From an uncultured Chloroflexia bacterium (GTDB taxonomy: Bacteria > Chloroflexota > Limnocylindria > Limnocylindrales > CSP1-4), in assembly GCA_963763775.1 (NCBI GenBank), contig CAVXPZ010000004.1, positions 384,001 through 448,000 on the forward strand: a stretch of DNA of 64,000 bases. Direction: 5' to 3'. Positions within the stretch are counted from its first letter, which is position 1. Each line of letters starts with the position of its first letter. Positions 28,500 to 38,383 of the stretch are shown here, one piece after another. The notes under the pieces are model-generated. The model did not search any database. It had not been told where the DNA came from and worked only from the letters and a program-made list of their open reading frames with translations. The position numbers were made by a program, and so were the translations under genes.

Positions 28500-29752
28500 G
28501 GGTCCCATCTCGCGAAGATCAGCGCCGTGTTCTGCCCGCCGAATCCGAACGAGTTGCTCAGCCCGATCCGGATGTCGTGACGCCTGGCGACGTTCGGCGT
28601 CAGGTCGAGGTCGCCGGCTTCCGGATCCGGGTCGACGAGGTTGATCGTGGGCGGCACGATCCCGTCACGGATGGCCATGATCGTCGCGATCGCCTCGATG
28701 GCGCCGGCCGCCCCGAGGGTATGGCCCAGCATCGACTTGTTCGCGGTCACCGGCACGCTCGCGGCACGGTCGCCGAGGATCGTGCGGATGGCCTGGAGCT
28801 CGGCCTTGTCGCCCTCGGGCGTCGAGGTGGCATGGGCGTTGACGTGGTCGATGTCGGCCGCCGTCAGGCCGGCCTTCTCGATCGCTCGACGCGCCGCGCG
28901 GACGGCCCCGATGCCGCCCGGGGCCGGGAGCGTGATGTGCGACGCATCGGCCGTGGCGCCGTAGCCGACGACCTCGGCGAGGATCGTCGCCCCGCGCGCC
29001 TGGGCATGCTCGAGCGCCTCGAGGATGAGCACCCCCGAGCCCTCGCCGCACACGAACCCGTCACGCCCGCGATCGAACGGCCGCGACGCGGCCGCCGGGT
29101 CGTCGTTGCGGGTCGAGAGCGCGCGCATCGCCGCGAACCCGCCGACGAGCGTCTCGAAGATGCCGGCCTCCGTCCCGCCGGCGACCATGACGTCCGCATC
29201 CGAGCGCCGGATGATCTCGGACGCCTCGCCGATCGCGTGGCCGCCGGTCGCACAGGCCGACACCGTCGCGAAGTTCGGCCCGGTCATGCCGAAGTTGATC
29301 GCCACCTGCCCGGCGCCTACGTTCGGGATGCCCATCGGGATGAGGAACGGGCTGATCCGGTCCGGCCCGCGCAGGGCGTTCGTCGAGATGCCGTCGATGA
29401 GCGTCCCGACGCCGCCGAGACCGGTGCCGAGGATGACCCCGGTCCGCTCGGCGAGCTCGCCTTCGAATCGGTCGGGGAATCCCGCCTGGTCCAGGGCCTG
29501 CCGGGCGGCCACCAGGCCGAACTGGATGTATCGGTCGGTGCGCCGCTGGTCCTTGCGGTCGAGCACGCCGCTGGAATCGAAGTCCTGGACCTCGCCCGCG
29601 ATCTGCGACGTCAGGCGGGACGGGTCGAACGTCGCGATGGTCCGGATCCCGGACCGGCCGGCGATGAGGCCGGCCCACGTCGAGTCGACGTCGTTCCCGA
29701 TCGCGGTCAGGGCGCCCATCCCGGTGACGACCACGCGTCGGCGGTCCGTCAT
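28496..29752 (-). CDS. fabF: Beta-ketoacyl-ACP synthase II
   Basis: RRVVVTGMG, SACATG, VNAHATST, KSMLGHTLGAAG, NSFGFGGQN. Confidence 0.96.
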   Translation of the reverse strand: MTDRRRVVVTGMGALTAIGNDVDSTWAGLIAGRSGIRTIATFDPSRLTSQIAGEVQDFDSSGVLDRKDQRRTDRYIQFGLVAARQALDQAGFPDRFEGELAERTGVILGTGLGGVGTLIDGISTNALRGPDRISPFLIPMGIPNVGAGQVAINFGMTGPNFATVSACATGGHAIGEASEIIRRSDADVMVAGGTEAGIFETLVGGFAAMRALSTRNDDPAAASRPFDRGRDGFVCGEGSGVLILEALEHAQARGATILAEVVGYGATADASHITLPAPGGIGAVRAARRAIEKAGLTAADIDHVNAHATSTPEGDKAELQAIRTILGDRAASVPVTANKSMLGHTLGAAGAIEAIATIMAIRDGIVPPTINLVDPDPEAGDLDLTPNVARRHDIRIGLSNSFGFGGQNTALIFARWDP

Positions 29753-30495
29753 CGGACGAGCTTCCCGGTGCGCACCGTCGCGGCCCGATAGACATCGCCC
29801 GGCAACCCCCGGGCGGAGATCGCGTCGGAGACGGCCAGGGCGTCGAACGACGCTCGCTTGATCTCCGCGGTGACATCGTCGCCGACCATGTCGATCATCG
29901 CCCACGATGCGGTCGGGTCGCCGTCGAACACGTACCCGGCCGACCCCGCGTTGACGATGATCTTCCAGCCGAGGTCGCGGACCTCGGGCAGGTGCGTGTG
30001 CCCGCAGGCGATGACGCGCGCATCGGTCCGGGCCACGCGCTCGATGATCACGTTGGAGTCGAGCGCCGGGTCGAAGCCGGCCGTCTGCGAGCCGGGGGAC
30101 GCGTGGCAGACGATCGCCATCCCCGCGTCTGCTGTATGGATCCGGCGTTCCGCCGGCAAGCGACGCAACCAGGCCACCCGCTCGTCGCCGAGCGCGTCGT
30201 GGGCCCACTCCGCGGCGGCCCGGAACGTGTCTGGGACGCCATCGGCCATCCACGGGAAGGCCGCCGAGTAGTCGAAGTCCGCGACCGCGATGTCCGTGTT
30301 CCCCGAGATGATCAACGCCCCGTCTGCCTCCATCTCTCGGAGGAGGTCGACGGTCGCGGCCGGGTCGGGTCCGTTCAGGACGAGGTCGCCGGCCACCGCG
30401 ACCTGGTCTGGTCGCGCGGCGCGGATGCCGGCACGGACCGCCTCGAGGGCCAGCGCGTTCCCATGGACGTCGGACAGGATCGCCAGCCGCGTCAT
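29749..30495 (-). CDS. Calcineurin-like metallophosphoesterase
   Basis: SDVHGN, GDLV, GNTD, HASP, GHTH, NAGSAG. Confidence 0.9.
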   Translation of the reverse strand: MTRLAILSDVHGNALALEAVRAGIRAARPDQVAVAGDLVLNGPDPAATVDLLREMEADGALIISGNTDIAVADFDYSAAFPWMADGVPDTFRAAAEWAHDALGDERVAWLRRLPAERRIHTADAGMAIVCHASPGSQTAGFDPALDSNVIIERVARTDARVIACGHTHLPEVRDLGWKIIVNAGSAGYVFDGDPTASWAMIDMVGDDVTAEIKRASFDALAVSDAISARGLPGDVYRAATVRTGKLVR

Positions 30496-30968
30496 CGGAG
30501 GATGCCTTCGCCGGGGATGATGAACGAGAGCGTGGCCTCGCAGGCGACCTCGCCGTCCACGCTGGCCACGCCACGGCCGCGACCGAAGCGGCCGCCGAGC
30601 TTCTCCATCGTGACCTCGAGGCGCAGGGTGTCGCCGGGGGTGACGATGCGCTTGAAGCGCGTGTCGTCGATCCCGGCGAACAGCCCGATCCGATCCCCGA
30701 AGCCGGGCTGCTTCGCCACGTAGACCGCCATCGTCTGCGCGAGCGCCTCGACCTGGAGGACGCCGGGCATGACCGGCAGGCCCGGGAAGTGACCCTGGAA
30801 GAACCACTCGGTCGCCGTCACCCCCTTGAGGCCGACGATCCGCTTGGCCTCGGGGTCGTACTCGACGATCCGGTCGACCAGCAGGAACGGCCAGCGGTGC
30901 GGGATGAGGGCCTCGATCTCACGCGTCGTGTGGATCGTGGCGGCGGGGATGGGCGGGGCGTCGGTCAC
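30492..30968 (-). CDS. fabZ: 3-hydroxyacyl-ACP dehydratase
   Basis: IPHRWPFLLVD, FFQGHFPGLPVMPGVLQVEALAQ; GGAG SD before GTG 30968. Confidence 0.96.
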   Translation of the reverse strand: MTDAPPIPAATIHTTREIEALIPHRWPFLLVDRIVEYDPEAKRIVGLKGVTATEWFFQGHFPGLPVMPGVLQVEALAQTMAVYVAKQPGFGDRIGLFAGIDDTRFKRIVTPGDTLRLEVTMEKLGGRFGRGRGVASVDGEVACEATLSFIIPGEGILR

Positions 30969-31083
30969 GGGCGTCTCCAAGCGGTATGGACGTCAGTCTC
31001 GCCGCGGGCCTGGGCGGCACGCGCGATGGTGTGTGCAGGTATGCATCCGAGGCCGGAGTCTCGCGCCTCCCGCGCGGCGGGCG

Positions 31084-32454
31084 TCACGTCCGGGCAGCGG
31101 CCGTCAGGAAGGCCGCGCTCCCGACCCGGTCCAGCAGGTTGGTCGTGAACCGGCCGTCGAGGAACGTCTCGTTGGTGAGCAGCGCGCGCTGGATCGCGAC
31201 ATTCGTCACCAGACCGTCGATGACGAGCTCGTCGAGGGCGACGCGGCCACGCGCGATCGCGGTCGCCCGGTCCGGGCCCCAGACCACGAGCTTGCCGAGC
31301 AGGGAGTCGTAGTAGGGCGGGACCTCATAGCCGGTGAACAGGTGCGAGTCCATGCGGACCCCCGGTCCGCCCGGCGCGTGGTACCGCTCGACGACGCCCG
31401 CGCCGGGTCGGAAGTCGGCCTCGGGGTCCTCGGCGTTGATCCGGAACTCGATCGCATGGCCGCGGAACGCGACGTCGGCCTGACTGAGCCCGAGGGGCTC
31501 GCCCGCGGCGATCCGGATCTGGGTCACCACGAGATCCAGACCGGTGAGCATCTCCGTGACCGGGTGCTCGACCTGGATGCGGCAGTTGATCTCGATGAAG
31601 TAGGCCATGCCCTCGCGGTCGACGAGGAACTCGAGCGTGCCGACGTTCTCGTAGCCGGCCGCGACCACGGCGCGGACCGCCCGCTCCGCCAGGTCTTCCC
31701 GCGCCGCCTCGCCGAGGGCCGGCGTCGGCGCCTCCTCGAGGATCTTCTGGTGGCGCCGCTGGACCGAGCAATCGCGCTCGCCCATGTGGATGCCGTGCCC
31801 GAACCGGTCGACCGCCACCTGGACCTCGACGTGGCGGTTCTCGTCGAGCCACTTCTCGAGGTAGAGCGAGTCGTCGCCGAATGCGGCTTTCGCCTCGGAC
31901 CGGCAGACCTTGAGGACCGACTCGAGCTCGCGAGGCGTCCGGACCATGCGCATGCCCTTGCCGCCGCCACCGGCCGACGGCTTGATCAGCACCGGGTAGC
32001 CGATGCGCTCCGCCTCGCCGAGCGCGTGGAGCTCGTCGCGCAACATCCCGTCGGAACCCGGGATCGTGGGCAGACCGTACCCGCCGAGGAGGCGCCGCGT
32101 GCCCTCCTTGCTGGCGAAGCGCTCGAGGACCCCGGCCGAAGGCCCGATGAAGGTCATCCCGTGGGCCGTGACGACCTCCGCGAACCCCTCGTCCTCGGAG
32201 AGGAAGCCGTACCCGGGGTGGATCGCGTCGCAGCCGGTCACCAACGCGGCCGAGATGACCGCCGGCGCCGAGAGATAGGAGCGCTTCGCGTCGGCCGGGC
32301 CGATGCAGATGGCCTCGTCGGCGAGCAGCACCGGCAGCGAGTCGCGGTCGGCCTCGCTGTAGGCGACGACCGCCTCGATGCCGAGCGTCCGGCACGCCCG
32401 CAGGATGCGCAGGGCGATCTCGCCGCGGTTGGCGATGAGGATCTTGCGGAACAC
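31084..32454 (-). CDS. accC: Biotin carboxylase
   Basis: KILIANRGEIA, HPGYGFLSE, GGGGKGM, ERDCSVQRRHQK, RIQVEHPVTE. Confidence 0.97.
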   Translation of the reverse strand: MFRKILIANRGEIALRILRACRTLGIEAVVAYSEADRDSLPVLLADEAICIGPADAKRSYLSAPAVISAALVTGCDAIHPGYGFLSEDEGFAEVVTAHGMTFIGPSAGVLERFASKEGTRRLLGGYGLPTIPGSDGMLRDELHALGEAERIGYPVLIKPSAGGGGKGMRMVRTPRELESVLKVCRSEAKAAFGDDSLYLEKWLDENRHVEVQVAVDRFGHGIHMGERDCSVQRRHQKILEEAPTPALGEAAREDLAERAVRAVVAAGYENVGTLEFLVDREGMAYFIEINCRIQVEHPVTEMLTGLDLVVTQIRIAAGEPLGLSQADVAFRGHAIEFRINAEDPEADFRPGAGVVERYHAPGGPGVRMDSHLFTGYEVPPYYDSLLGKLVVWGPDRATAIARGRVALDELVIDGLVTNVAIQRALLTNETFLDGRFTTNLLDRVGSAAFLTAAART

Positions 32455-32456
32455 GC

Positions 32457-33065
32457 TCAGGCGTCCCCGGCCGGCGACAGCGCCAGCTCGATGACGACGA
32501 GCTCCTGCCCGTATTCGACCGCGTCGCCCGGCTCGGCGAGGCTCGACCCCACCACGCCATCGGTGGGGGCGACGACCTCTTGGGCGACCCCGAGCATGTC
32601 GACCACGCCGAGGCGGTCACCGGCCCGCACCGATGTCCCCTGGCGAGCCTCGGTACGTGGCTGGTAGATGCCGACAGCCGGCGAGGTGGCCACGACCCGC
32701 CGGGGATCGGCGCCGGCGTGGCCGTCGCGACCCGAGTGTCCGTCGCGGCCGTCTCGGCCGTCCCGGCCTGGCCCGACGGGCGTGAGGCCGGCGCCCGGGT
32801 GCGAGGCGTGCCCGGACGACCCTCGACCGGCGCGCTCGGTGGATCGCCGTGTCTGGTCCGGATTCGCGGCGACGCCGGGGCGGCGCAGGCGGACCTTCCA
32901 GCCGCCTTCGCGCACTTCGAGCTCGCCGAGCCCGGTCGCCGCGAGCTTCACGATCAGGGCTGGCAGCAGCTCGGTCGCGAGTCGGTCGATGGCGGCGTGG
33001 TCGGCGGATCGCTCCGTGGCGCCTCGGGCGGGCCGGCGCGATCCCTGCGGCGTCGAGTCGGGCAC
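32457..33065 (-). CDS. AccB paralog lacking the biotinylated lysine (BADC-like)
   Basis: GLGELEVREG N-terminal segment; SPAVGIY...GDRLGVVDMLGVAQEVVAPTDG...GDAVEYGQEL; no EAMK. Confidence 0.8.
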   Translation of the reverse strand: MPDSTPQGSRRPARGATERSADHAAIDRLATELLPALIVKLAATGLGELEVREGGWKVRLRRPGVAANPDQTRRSTERAGRGSSGHASHPGAGLTPVGPGRDGRDGRDGHSGRDGHAGADPRRVVATSPAVGIYQPRTEARQGTSVRAGDRLGVVDMLGVAQEVVAPTDGVVGSSLAEPGDAVEYGQELVVIELALSPAGDA

Positions 33066-33069
33066 GCGC

Positions 33070-35031
33070 TTACACCTCCTCCCGAGCGGGCGGTTCGTCG
33101 CGTGACCACGACGGGACCGAGCCACTCAACCCCCGGCGGCCCGGATCCAGCAGGTCGCGCAGGCGGTCCCCGAGCCCGCGACCGGCCGGCAGGACCATCT
33201 CCGGCAGTTCGGCCTCAGTGTAGGACCCCAGCGCCCGGTAGCGTCGGTAGCGCTGCTCGACGAGGTCGTCGACGGTGAGGGCCGATAGCGCCTCGAGCCG
33301 GTCGAGGATGATCGGCCGGAGCCGACGCGCGGTCTCGGCCGGGTCCGTGTGGGCGCCTTCGCCGGGCTCCGCCACCACGATGTCGACGACGCCGAGCTCG
33401 CGCTGCTCGGCCGCCGTCATGCGCATGGCTGCGGCCGCGGTGTGCGCCTCGTCGGCGGTCCGCCACAGGATCGAGGCGCAGCCCTCCGGACTGATCACCG
33501 AGTAGACCGCGTTCTCCAGGGCGATGACGACGTCGCCGACCGCGATGGCGAGCGCGCCGCCCGAACCGCCCTCGCCGGTGATGATCGCGACGATCGGGGT
33601 GCGCAGGCGCGTCATCAGCGCCACCGACCGCGCGATGGCCTCCGCGATGCCGCGTTCCTCGGACTCCGGGCCCGGATGGGCGCCGGGGACGTCCACGAAC
33701 GTGACGACCGGGAGGCCGAACCGCTCGGCCAGCTCCATGATCCGCATCGCCTTGCGATAGCCCTCGGGATGCGGCATCCCGAAGTTGCGCCGGATGTTCT
33801 CGTCGGTGTCCGCGCCCTTCTGCTGGCCGATGACGACGATGGGACGGCCCTCGAGCCTGGCGAGCCCCGCGACCATCGCCTCGTCGTCGCCGAACAGCCG
33901 GTCGCCGTGGAGCTCGACGAAGTCGTCGGTCATCGCCCGCACGAACTCGAGCGTCCGCGGCCGATGCAGGTTCCGTGCGAGCTGGACCCGCGCCCAGACC
34001 TCGTCGGTCGCGGCGGTCGTCGCGGCCGCGGCGGTCGTCGTCCCGTTCGTCTCGGCGGGGTCGGCCGTGGACCCACCCTCCGCATCGGTGGCGGTCTCGC
34101 CGCCCGCGAGCTCGCTCACGCGGTCGGCGAGCGTCGAGAGGAACGAGAACGGCCGAAAGCCGGCCACCTCGCCGTTCGCGGTCGGCGTCGCGGGCGTCGC
34201 GTCCCGCGTCGGCAGCAGGCGGAGCAGACCGGCCAGCTCGTCGTGGAGCTCGGGCCGTGCGACCACGCGGTCGACGAAACCGTGGCTGAAGAGGAATTCG
34301 GCGCGCTGGAACCCGGGCGGCAGCTCCTGGGCGATCGTACCCGCCGAGACCCGTGCACCCGCGAACCCGATCAGGGCGTTCGGCTCGGCGACATTGACGT
34401 CTCCGACGGCCGCGAACGACGCGAAGACGCCACCCGTCGTCGGGTCCGACAGGATCGAGACGAACGGCACGCCGGCGCCGCGAAGCCGCTCGATGGCCGC
34501 GAGGGTCTTGGCGAGCTGCATGAGCGCCAGCGTGCCCTCCTGCATCCGGGCTCCGCCCGAGGCGCTCACGACGATGAGCGGGATCCGCTCGGCAAGGGCG
34601 TGCTCGGCCGCGCGCGTGACCTTCTCCCCGACCACGGCGCCCATCGAGCCGCCCATGAAGCCGAAGTCCATGACGCAGATCGCCACCGCGGTCCCGCCGA
34701 TGACGCCCGTGCCCCACAGGGCGGCGTCGCGCATGCCGGTCGCGGTCTGCGCCGCGCTCAGTCGGTCCGGATACGCCTTCTGGTCGACGAACCCGAGCGC
34801 GTCCACGGACTGGAGGCCGGCGTCGTGTTCGGCCCAGGTCCCCTCGTCGAGCAACTGCTCCAGGCGGGCCGCCGCGGAGAGCCGGAAGTGGTGCCCGCAC
34901 GTCGGGCAGACGCGCAGGGCCTTCTCGAGCTGCTTGTTGAACAGCATCGTCTCGCACGACGGGCACTTGGTCCACAGGTCCGCCGGGTAGGCGTCCTTGC
35001 GGGCCCGGAACGTCGGCAGCTTGAGCGGCAT
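33070..35031 (-). CDS. accDA: Fused acetyl-CoA carboxylase carboxyltransferase beta-alpha
   Basis: WTKCPSC...CPTC zinc finger, GGSMG, SGGARMQEG; linker; RNFGMPHPEGYRKA, GEGGSGGALA. Confidence 0.94.
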   Translation of the reverse strand: MPLKLPTFRARKDAYPADLWTKCPSCETMLFNKQLEKALRVCPTCGHHFRLSAAARLEQLLDEGTWAEHDAGLQSVDALGFVDQKAYPDRLSAAQTATGMRDAALWGTGVIGGTAVAICVMDFGFMGGSMGAVVGEKVTRAAEHALAERIPLIVVSASGGARMQEGTLALMQLAKTLAAIERLRGAGVPFVSILSDPTTGGVFASFAAVGDVNVAEPNALIGFAGARVSAGTIAQELPPGFQRAEFLFSHGFVDRVVARPELHDELAGLLRLLPTRDATPATPTANGEVAGFRPFSFLSTLADRVSELAGGETATDAEGGSTADPAETNGTTTAAAATTAATDEVWARVQLARNLHRPRTLEFVRAMTDDFVELHGDRLFGDDEAMVAGLARLEGRPIVVIGQQKGADTDENIRRNFGMPHPEGYRKAMRIMELAERFGLPVVTFVDVPGAHPGPESEERGIAEAIARSVALMTRLRTPIVAIITGEGGSGGALAIAVGDVVIALENAVYSVISPEGCASILWRTADEAHTAAAAMRMTAAEQRELGVVDIVVAEPGEGAHTDPAETARRLRPIILDRLEALSALTVDDLVEQRYRRYRALGSYTEAELPEMVLPAGRGLGDRLRDLLDPGRRGLSGSVPSWSRDEPPAREEV

Positions 35032-35549
35032 CAGGCGAGCCTCGTCCGGGCGACCGCGCGGATCGCGCGGGCCATCGGAGTGGACGCCTCGTGACGCAGC
35101 CGCCACGCGACGAACGCCGCGCCGGCGAGCGAGAGGGCCGCGGACGTCAAGGCACCACCGATCAGCAGTGGCCGGACGTGGTCCGCATCGTCGTCGAGCG
35201 AGGCGCCGCCGAGGTAGGCCGCGAGCTCGGCGTCGGCGAGGGGGTCCAGCACGGCTCGCGGCATCGGGACGACCATGCCCCCGCCGCCGGCCGCCGGAGC
35301 CAGGCGACGGGCGAGCGCCGCCGCGGTCAGGCGCGCCGAGAGGGCTTCCTCGAAGCGGAACGACGGGTGGAGCCGCGGCAGGCTCCGCGAGAGCCGCTCG
35401 GCCACGGCGCGGACGCCCGGGTCCAGGTCGACGGGAGCGGGGGCCAGGTCAGCGCCGAGCGCGTGGGCGGCGAGCAGGGACTCGAGGTATCGGTCGGTGA
35501 CCAGCGCGTCGATCTCGGCACCGTCCCGGTTCCCCGGGCTCGGGGTCAC
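35031..35549 (-). CDS. Putative single-TM anti-sigma factor
   Basis: Overlaps the ECF stop; HPSFRFEEALSARL followed by a C-terminal TM helix. Confidence 0.6.
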   Translation of the reverse strand: MTPSPGNRDGAEIDALVTDRYLESLLAAHALGADLAPAPVDLDPGVRAVAERLSRSLPRLHPSFRFEEALSARLTAAALARRLAPAAGGGGMVVPMPRAVLDPLADAELAAYLGGASLDDDADHVRPLLIGGALTSAALSLAGAAFVAWRLRHEASTPMARAIRAVARTRLA

Positions 35550-36175
35550 CCGTCCCGTCCGTCGAGGTCGCGCGCGACGCTTCGCAGCGCCCGGTGGATG
35601 AGGACCCGGACAGCCCCCTCCGAGCGCCCGAGCACACCGGCGATCTCGGCGGTCGACATCTCGTCGACGAATCGCAGCACCAGAGCTCGGCGCCGGTCGC
35701 CGGTCAGGCGCCCGATGGCCCCAAGCGCGGCCCGCGCCTCGTCGCGGCGGGCCGCGTCGAGGGCGATGTCGAGCGGGGCGACGAGTTCCGCGGCGGCGTC
35801 GAGCGGGGTCTCCGGCCGGCGGCGGCTGGCACGACGTCGCTCGGCGACGACGTTCCGGGCGATCTGGAAGAGCCAGACCCGGAAGGTCGAGGCCCCGTCG
35901 CCGTCCTCGGGCCGCGCTCGCTCCTCGAACCTCGAGAGGTGGGTGAGCGCGGCCAGGAACGTCCGCTCGGTGGCGTCCTCCGCGTCGTGTCGATCGCGCA
36001 GCTCGTACGCGGCGTAGCTATACACCTGGGCGACGTACTTCCGATACAGGGCCTCGAACCGTGCCGGGTCGGCCTGGGCCGCCTCCACGAGCGGACGATC
36101 CCGATCGAGGTGGACGACGCGCCGGTCCCCGACCTCCTCCGGTCGGCCTACCTTCCTGAATGCCGGACGGGCCAT
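35546..36175 (-). CDS. ECF sigma-70 factor
   Basis: FEALYRKYVAQVY, DAEDAT, FRVWLFQIARN, MSTAEIAGVLGRSEGAVRVLIHRAL. Confidence 0.92.
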   Translation of the reverse strand: MARPAFRKVGRPEEVGDRRVVHLDRDRPLVEAAQADPARFEALYRKYVAQVYSYAAYELRDRHDAEDATERTFLAALTHLSRFEERARPEDGDGASTFRVWLFQIARNVVAERRRASRRRPETPLDAAAELVAPLDIALDAARRDEARAALGAIGRLTGDRRRALVLRFVDEMSTAEIAGVLGRSEGAVRVLIHRALRSVARDLDGRDG

Positions 36176-36179
36176 CGCG

Positions 36180-37028
36180 TTACACCCCGTCCGCGATCGG
36201 GTCCGGCGAGACATCGGTCAGGCGGACATGGCGGATCTCGCCGACGACGACCTGCCGCTCGCCCTCGGGCGTCGCCGGGTCCGCCACGACCAGGGCGCCG
36301 GTCAGCGAGTCGACGCCGAGCGCGCGGTGGTCGGCCGAGACGCCGTCCGGTCCCTCGATCCGCACGCTGCGGCCGGTGGTGAGCTGGCGGTCGGTCCAGT
36401 CGGCGACGTCGAAGCGGCCGCCCCGCAGGGCCTCGATGCGAGCTTCGAGGCGACCGGTGAACGCCTCGTGCAACGCGATCGCGTCGATCGGTCGGCCGTG
36501 CGAGGCCTCGCGCAGCGACGTCATCGTGTCGGCGAGTCCCGGCGGGAAGTCCGCGGCCGCCCAGTCGGCGTTCAGGCCGATCCCGACCACGACCCGCGGA
36601 TCGTCGGAACCGAGGCCGGACGTCTCGCCGAGGACGCCCGCCACCTTGCGCATCCCGCCCGCGGCGGGCGATCCGTCCTCGACGACGAGGTCGTTCGGCC
36701 ACTTGAGACGGATCATGCGGTCCGGGAGTCCGGCGACCTCCTCGGCGGCGTCCGCCATGGCCAGCGAGGCCGTGGCCGCAAGCCGCCAGACGCGGTCCGG
36801 CTCCAGCCACGTCGGACGGAACCCCAGCGAGAGCAGGTACGCGGCCCCCGCCGGCGCGATCCAGCGCCGGCCGTCCCGGCCACGACCGGCACGCTGCTCG
36901 TCGGCGACGGCGAGGCAGACCTCCGGCGTGCCGTCGGCGAGCCAGTCGCGGACGACGTCGTTGGTCGAGCCGACGACGTCGAAACGCTCGGCGCGGGCCA
37001 GGAACGGGGTCGAGGGCGTCGCCCGCAT
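36180..37028 (-). CDS. birA: Biotin-protein ligase (no N-terminal HTH)
   Basis: GSTND, QRAGRGRDGRRW, LKWPND, KVAGVL, GIGLN. Confidence 0.93.
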   Translation of the reverse strand: MRATPSTPFLARAERFDVVGSTNDVVRDWLADGTPEVCLAVADEQRAGRGRDGRRWIAPAGAAYLLSLGFRPTWLEPDRVWRLAATASLAMADAAEEVAGLPDRMIRLKWPNDLVVEDGSPAAGGMRKVAGVLGETSGLGSDDPRVVVGIGLNADWAAADFPPGLADTMTSLREASHGRPIDAIALHEAFTGRLEARIEALRGGRFDVADWTDRQLTTGRSVRIEGPDGVSADHRALGVDSLTGALVVADPATPEGERQVVVGEIRHVRLTDVSPDPIADGV

Positions 37029-38290
37029 CAGCCGGCGGCGGCCACGTCGACGGCTTCGGGGCGCTCGAGCTCGAAGGCGTCGTGGAGGGCGCGCAGCGCC
37101 GTCTCGAGCTCGTCCTCGGCGACGATGCAGGTGATCCGGACCTCCGAGGTGGAGATCATCTCGATGTTCACGCCCGCGTCCGCGAGCGTCCCGAACATCC
37201 GCGCCGCGTATCCCGGGGCGTTGTGCAGCCCCGCGCCGACGATCGAGACCTTGCCGACCGAGGCGTCGGTGGTGAGCTCGCGGGCACCGAGCTCGCGGAC
37301 GATCGGGTCGAGGACCTTCTTGCCGCGGGCCAGCTCGGCGCGCGGGACGGTGAACGACATGTCGGTCGCGCCGCCGTGGCCGACGTTCTGGACGATCATG
37401 TCGATGTTGACGCCGGCCTCGGCGAGCGGTTCGAAGATGGCCTTGGCGACGCCGGGTCGGTCGGGGACGTCGACGATCGTGACCTTCGCGACGTTCCGAT
37501 CGTGGGCGAGGCCGCGGACCTTGTTGCGCTGCTCCACGAGCGGGTCCTCCCTGATGAGCGTGCCGGGGGCGTCCTCGAACGAACTGAGGACCTCGATGAC
37601 GACGTCGTTGACCCAGCCGAGCTCGACGGCCCGGACCTGCATGACCTGGGCGCCCTGGTGGGCGAGCTCGAGCATCTCCTCGTAGCCGATGACGGGGAGC
37701 TGGCGCGCCTTCGGGACGAGCCGCGGGTCCGCGGTGTAGATGCCGCGGACGTCGGTGAAGATCTGGCAGCGGTCGGCCCCGAGCGCGGCGGCGAGGGCGA
37801 CGGCGGTGGTGTCGCTGCCGCCGCGGCCCAGGGTGGTGATCTCGCTCTGACCGACCGCCGCGGCACTCCGGCCCTGGAAGCCGGCCACGATGACGACCTT
37901 GCCGGCCTCGATCTCCTGTCGCACGCGGCTCGGCTGGATGTCCGCGATGCGGGCCTTGCCGTACCGACCGTCGGTGGTGATGCCCGCCTGCGGCCCGGTC
38001 AGGCTGATCGCCGCGACGCCCTGCGCGTGCAGCGCCATCGAGAGCAGCGTCGCGGACTGGTGCTCGCCGGTCGCGAGCAGGACGTCGAGTTCGCGCGGGT
38101 CCGGGTCATCGGTGACGGCGGCGGCCAGCCCGAGCAGCTCGTCCGTCGTGTCGCCCATCGCGGAGACCACGACGACGAGGTCGTTGCCGGCCGCGCGCTC
38201 ACGCGCGATCCGCCGAGCCACCCGCTTGATGCGGTCGGCGTCGGCCACGGACGAGCCGCCGTATTTCTGGACGACGAGGGGGGCAGGCAT
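37028..38290 (-). CDS. lysC: Aspartate kinase
   Basis: [26 protein letters not shown], two ACT domains. Confidence 0.96.
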   Translation of the reverse strand: MPAPLVVQKYGGSSVADADRIKRVARRIARERAAGNDLVVVVSAMGDTTDELLGLAAAVTDDPDPRELDVLLATGEHQSATLLSMALHAQGVAAISLTGPQAGITTDGRYGKARIADIQPSRVRQEIEAGKVVIVAGFQGRSAAAVGQSEITTLGRGGSDTTAVALAAALGADRCQIFTDVRGIYTADPRLVPKARQLPVIGYEEMLELAHQGAQVMQVRAVELGWVNDVVIEVLSSFEDAPGTLIREDPLVEQRNKVRGLAHDRNVAKVTIVDVPDRPGVAKAIFEPLAEAGVNIDMIVQNVGHGGATDMSFTVPRAELARGKKVLDPIVRELGARELTTDASVGKVSIVGAGLHNAPGYAARMFGTLADAGVNIEMISTSEVRITCIVAEDELETALRALHDAFELERPEAVDVAAAG

Positions 38291-38383
38291 CGGGGCGCAT
38301 TCTACCGCCCGTGCTCAGCCCGACCTCTCTGTCGTAGTGCTGGGCCGCCTTCGAGGCTCCGTCGTTCGGCTGGAGCGGCCGCC

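Noticed and set aside
33070-35031. accD-accA fusion as a novelty
   Set aside because: Such fusions are already known in several bacterial lineages.
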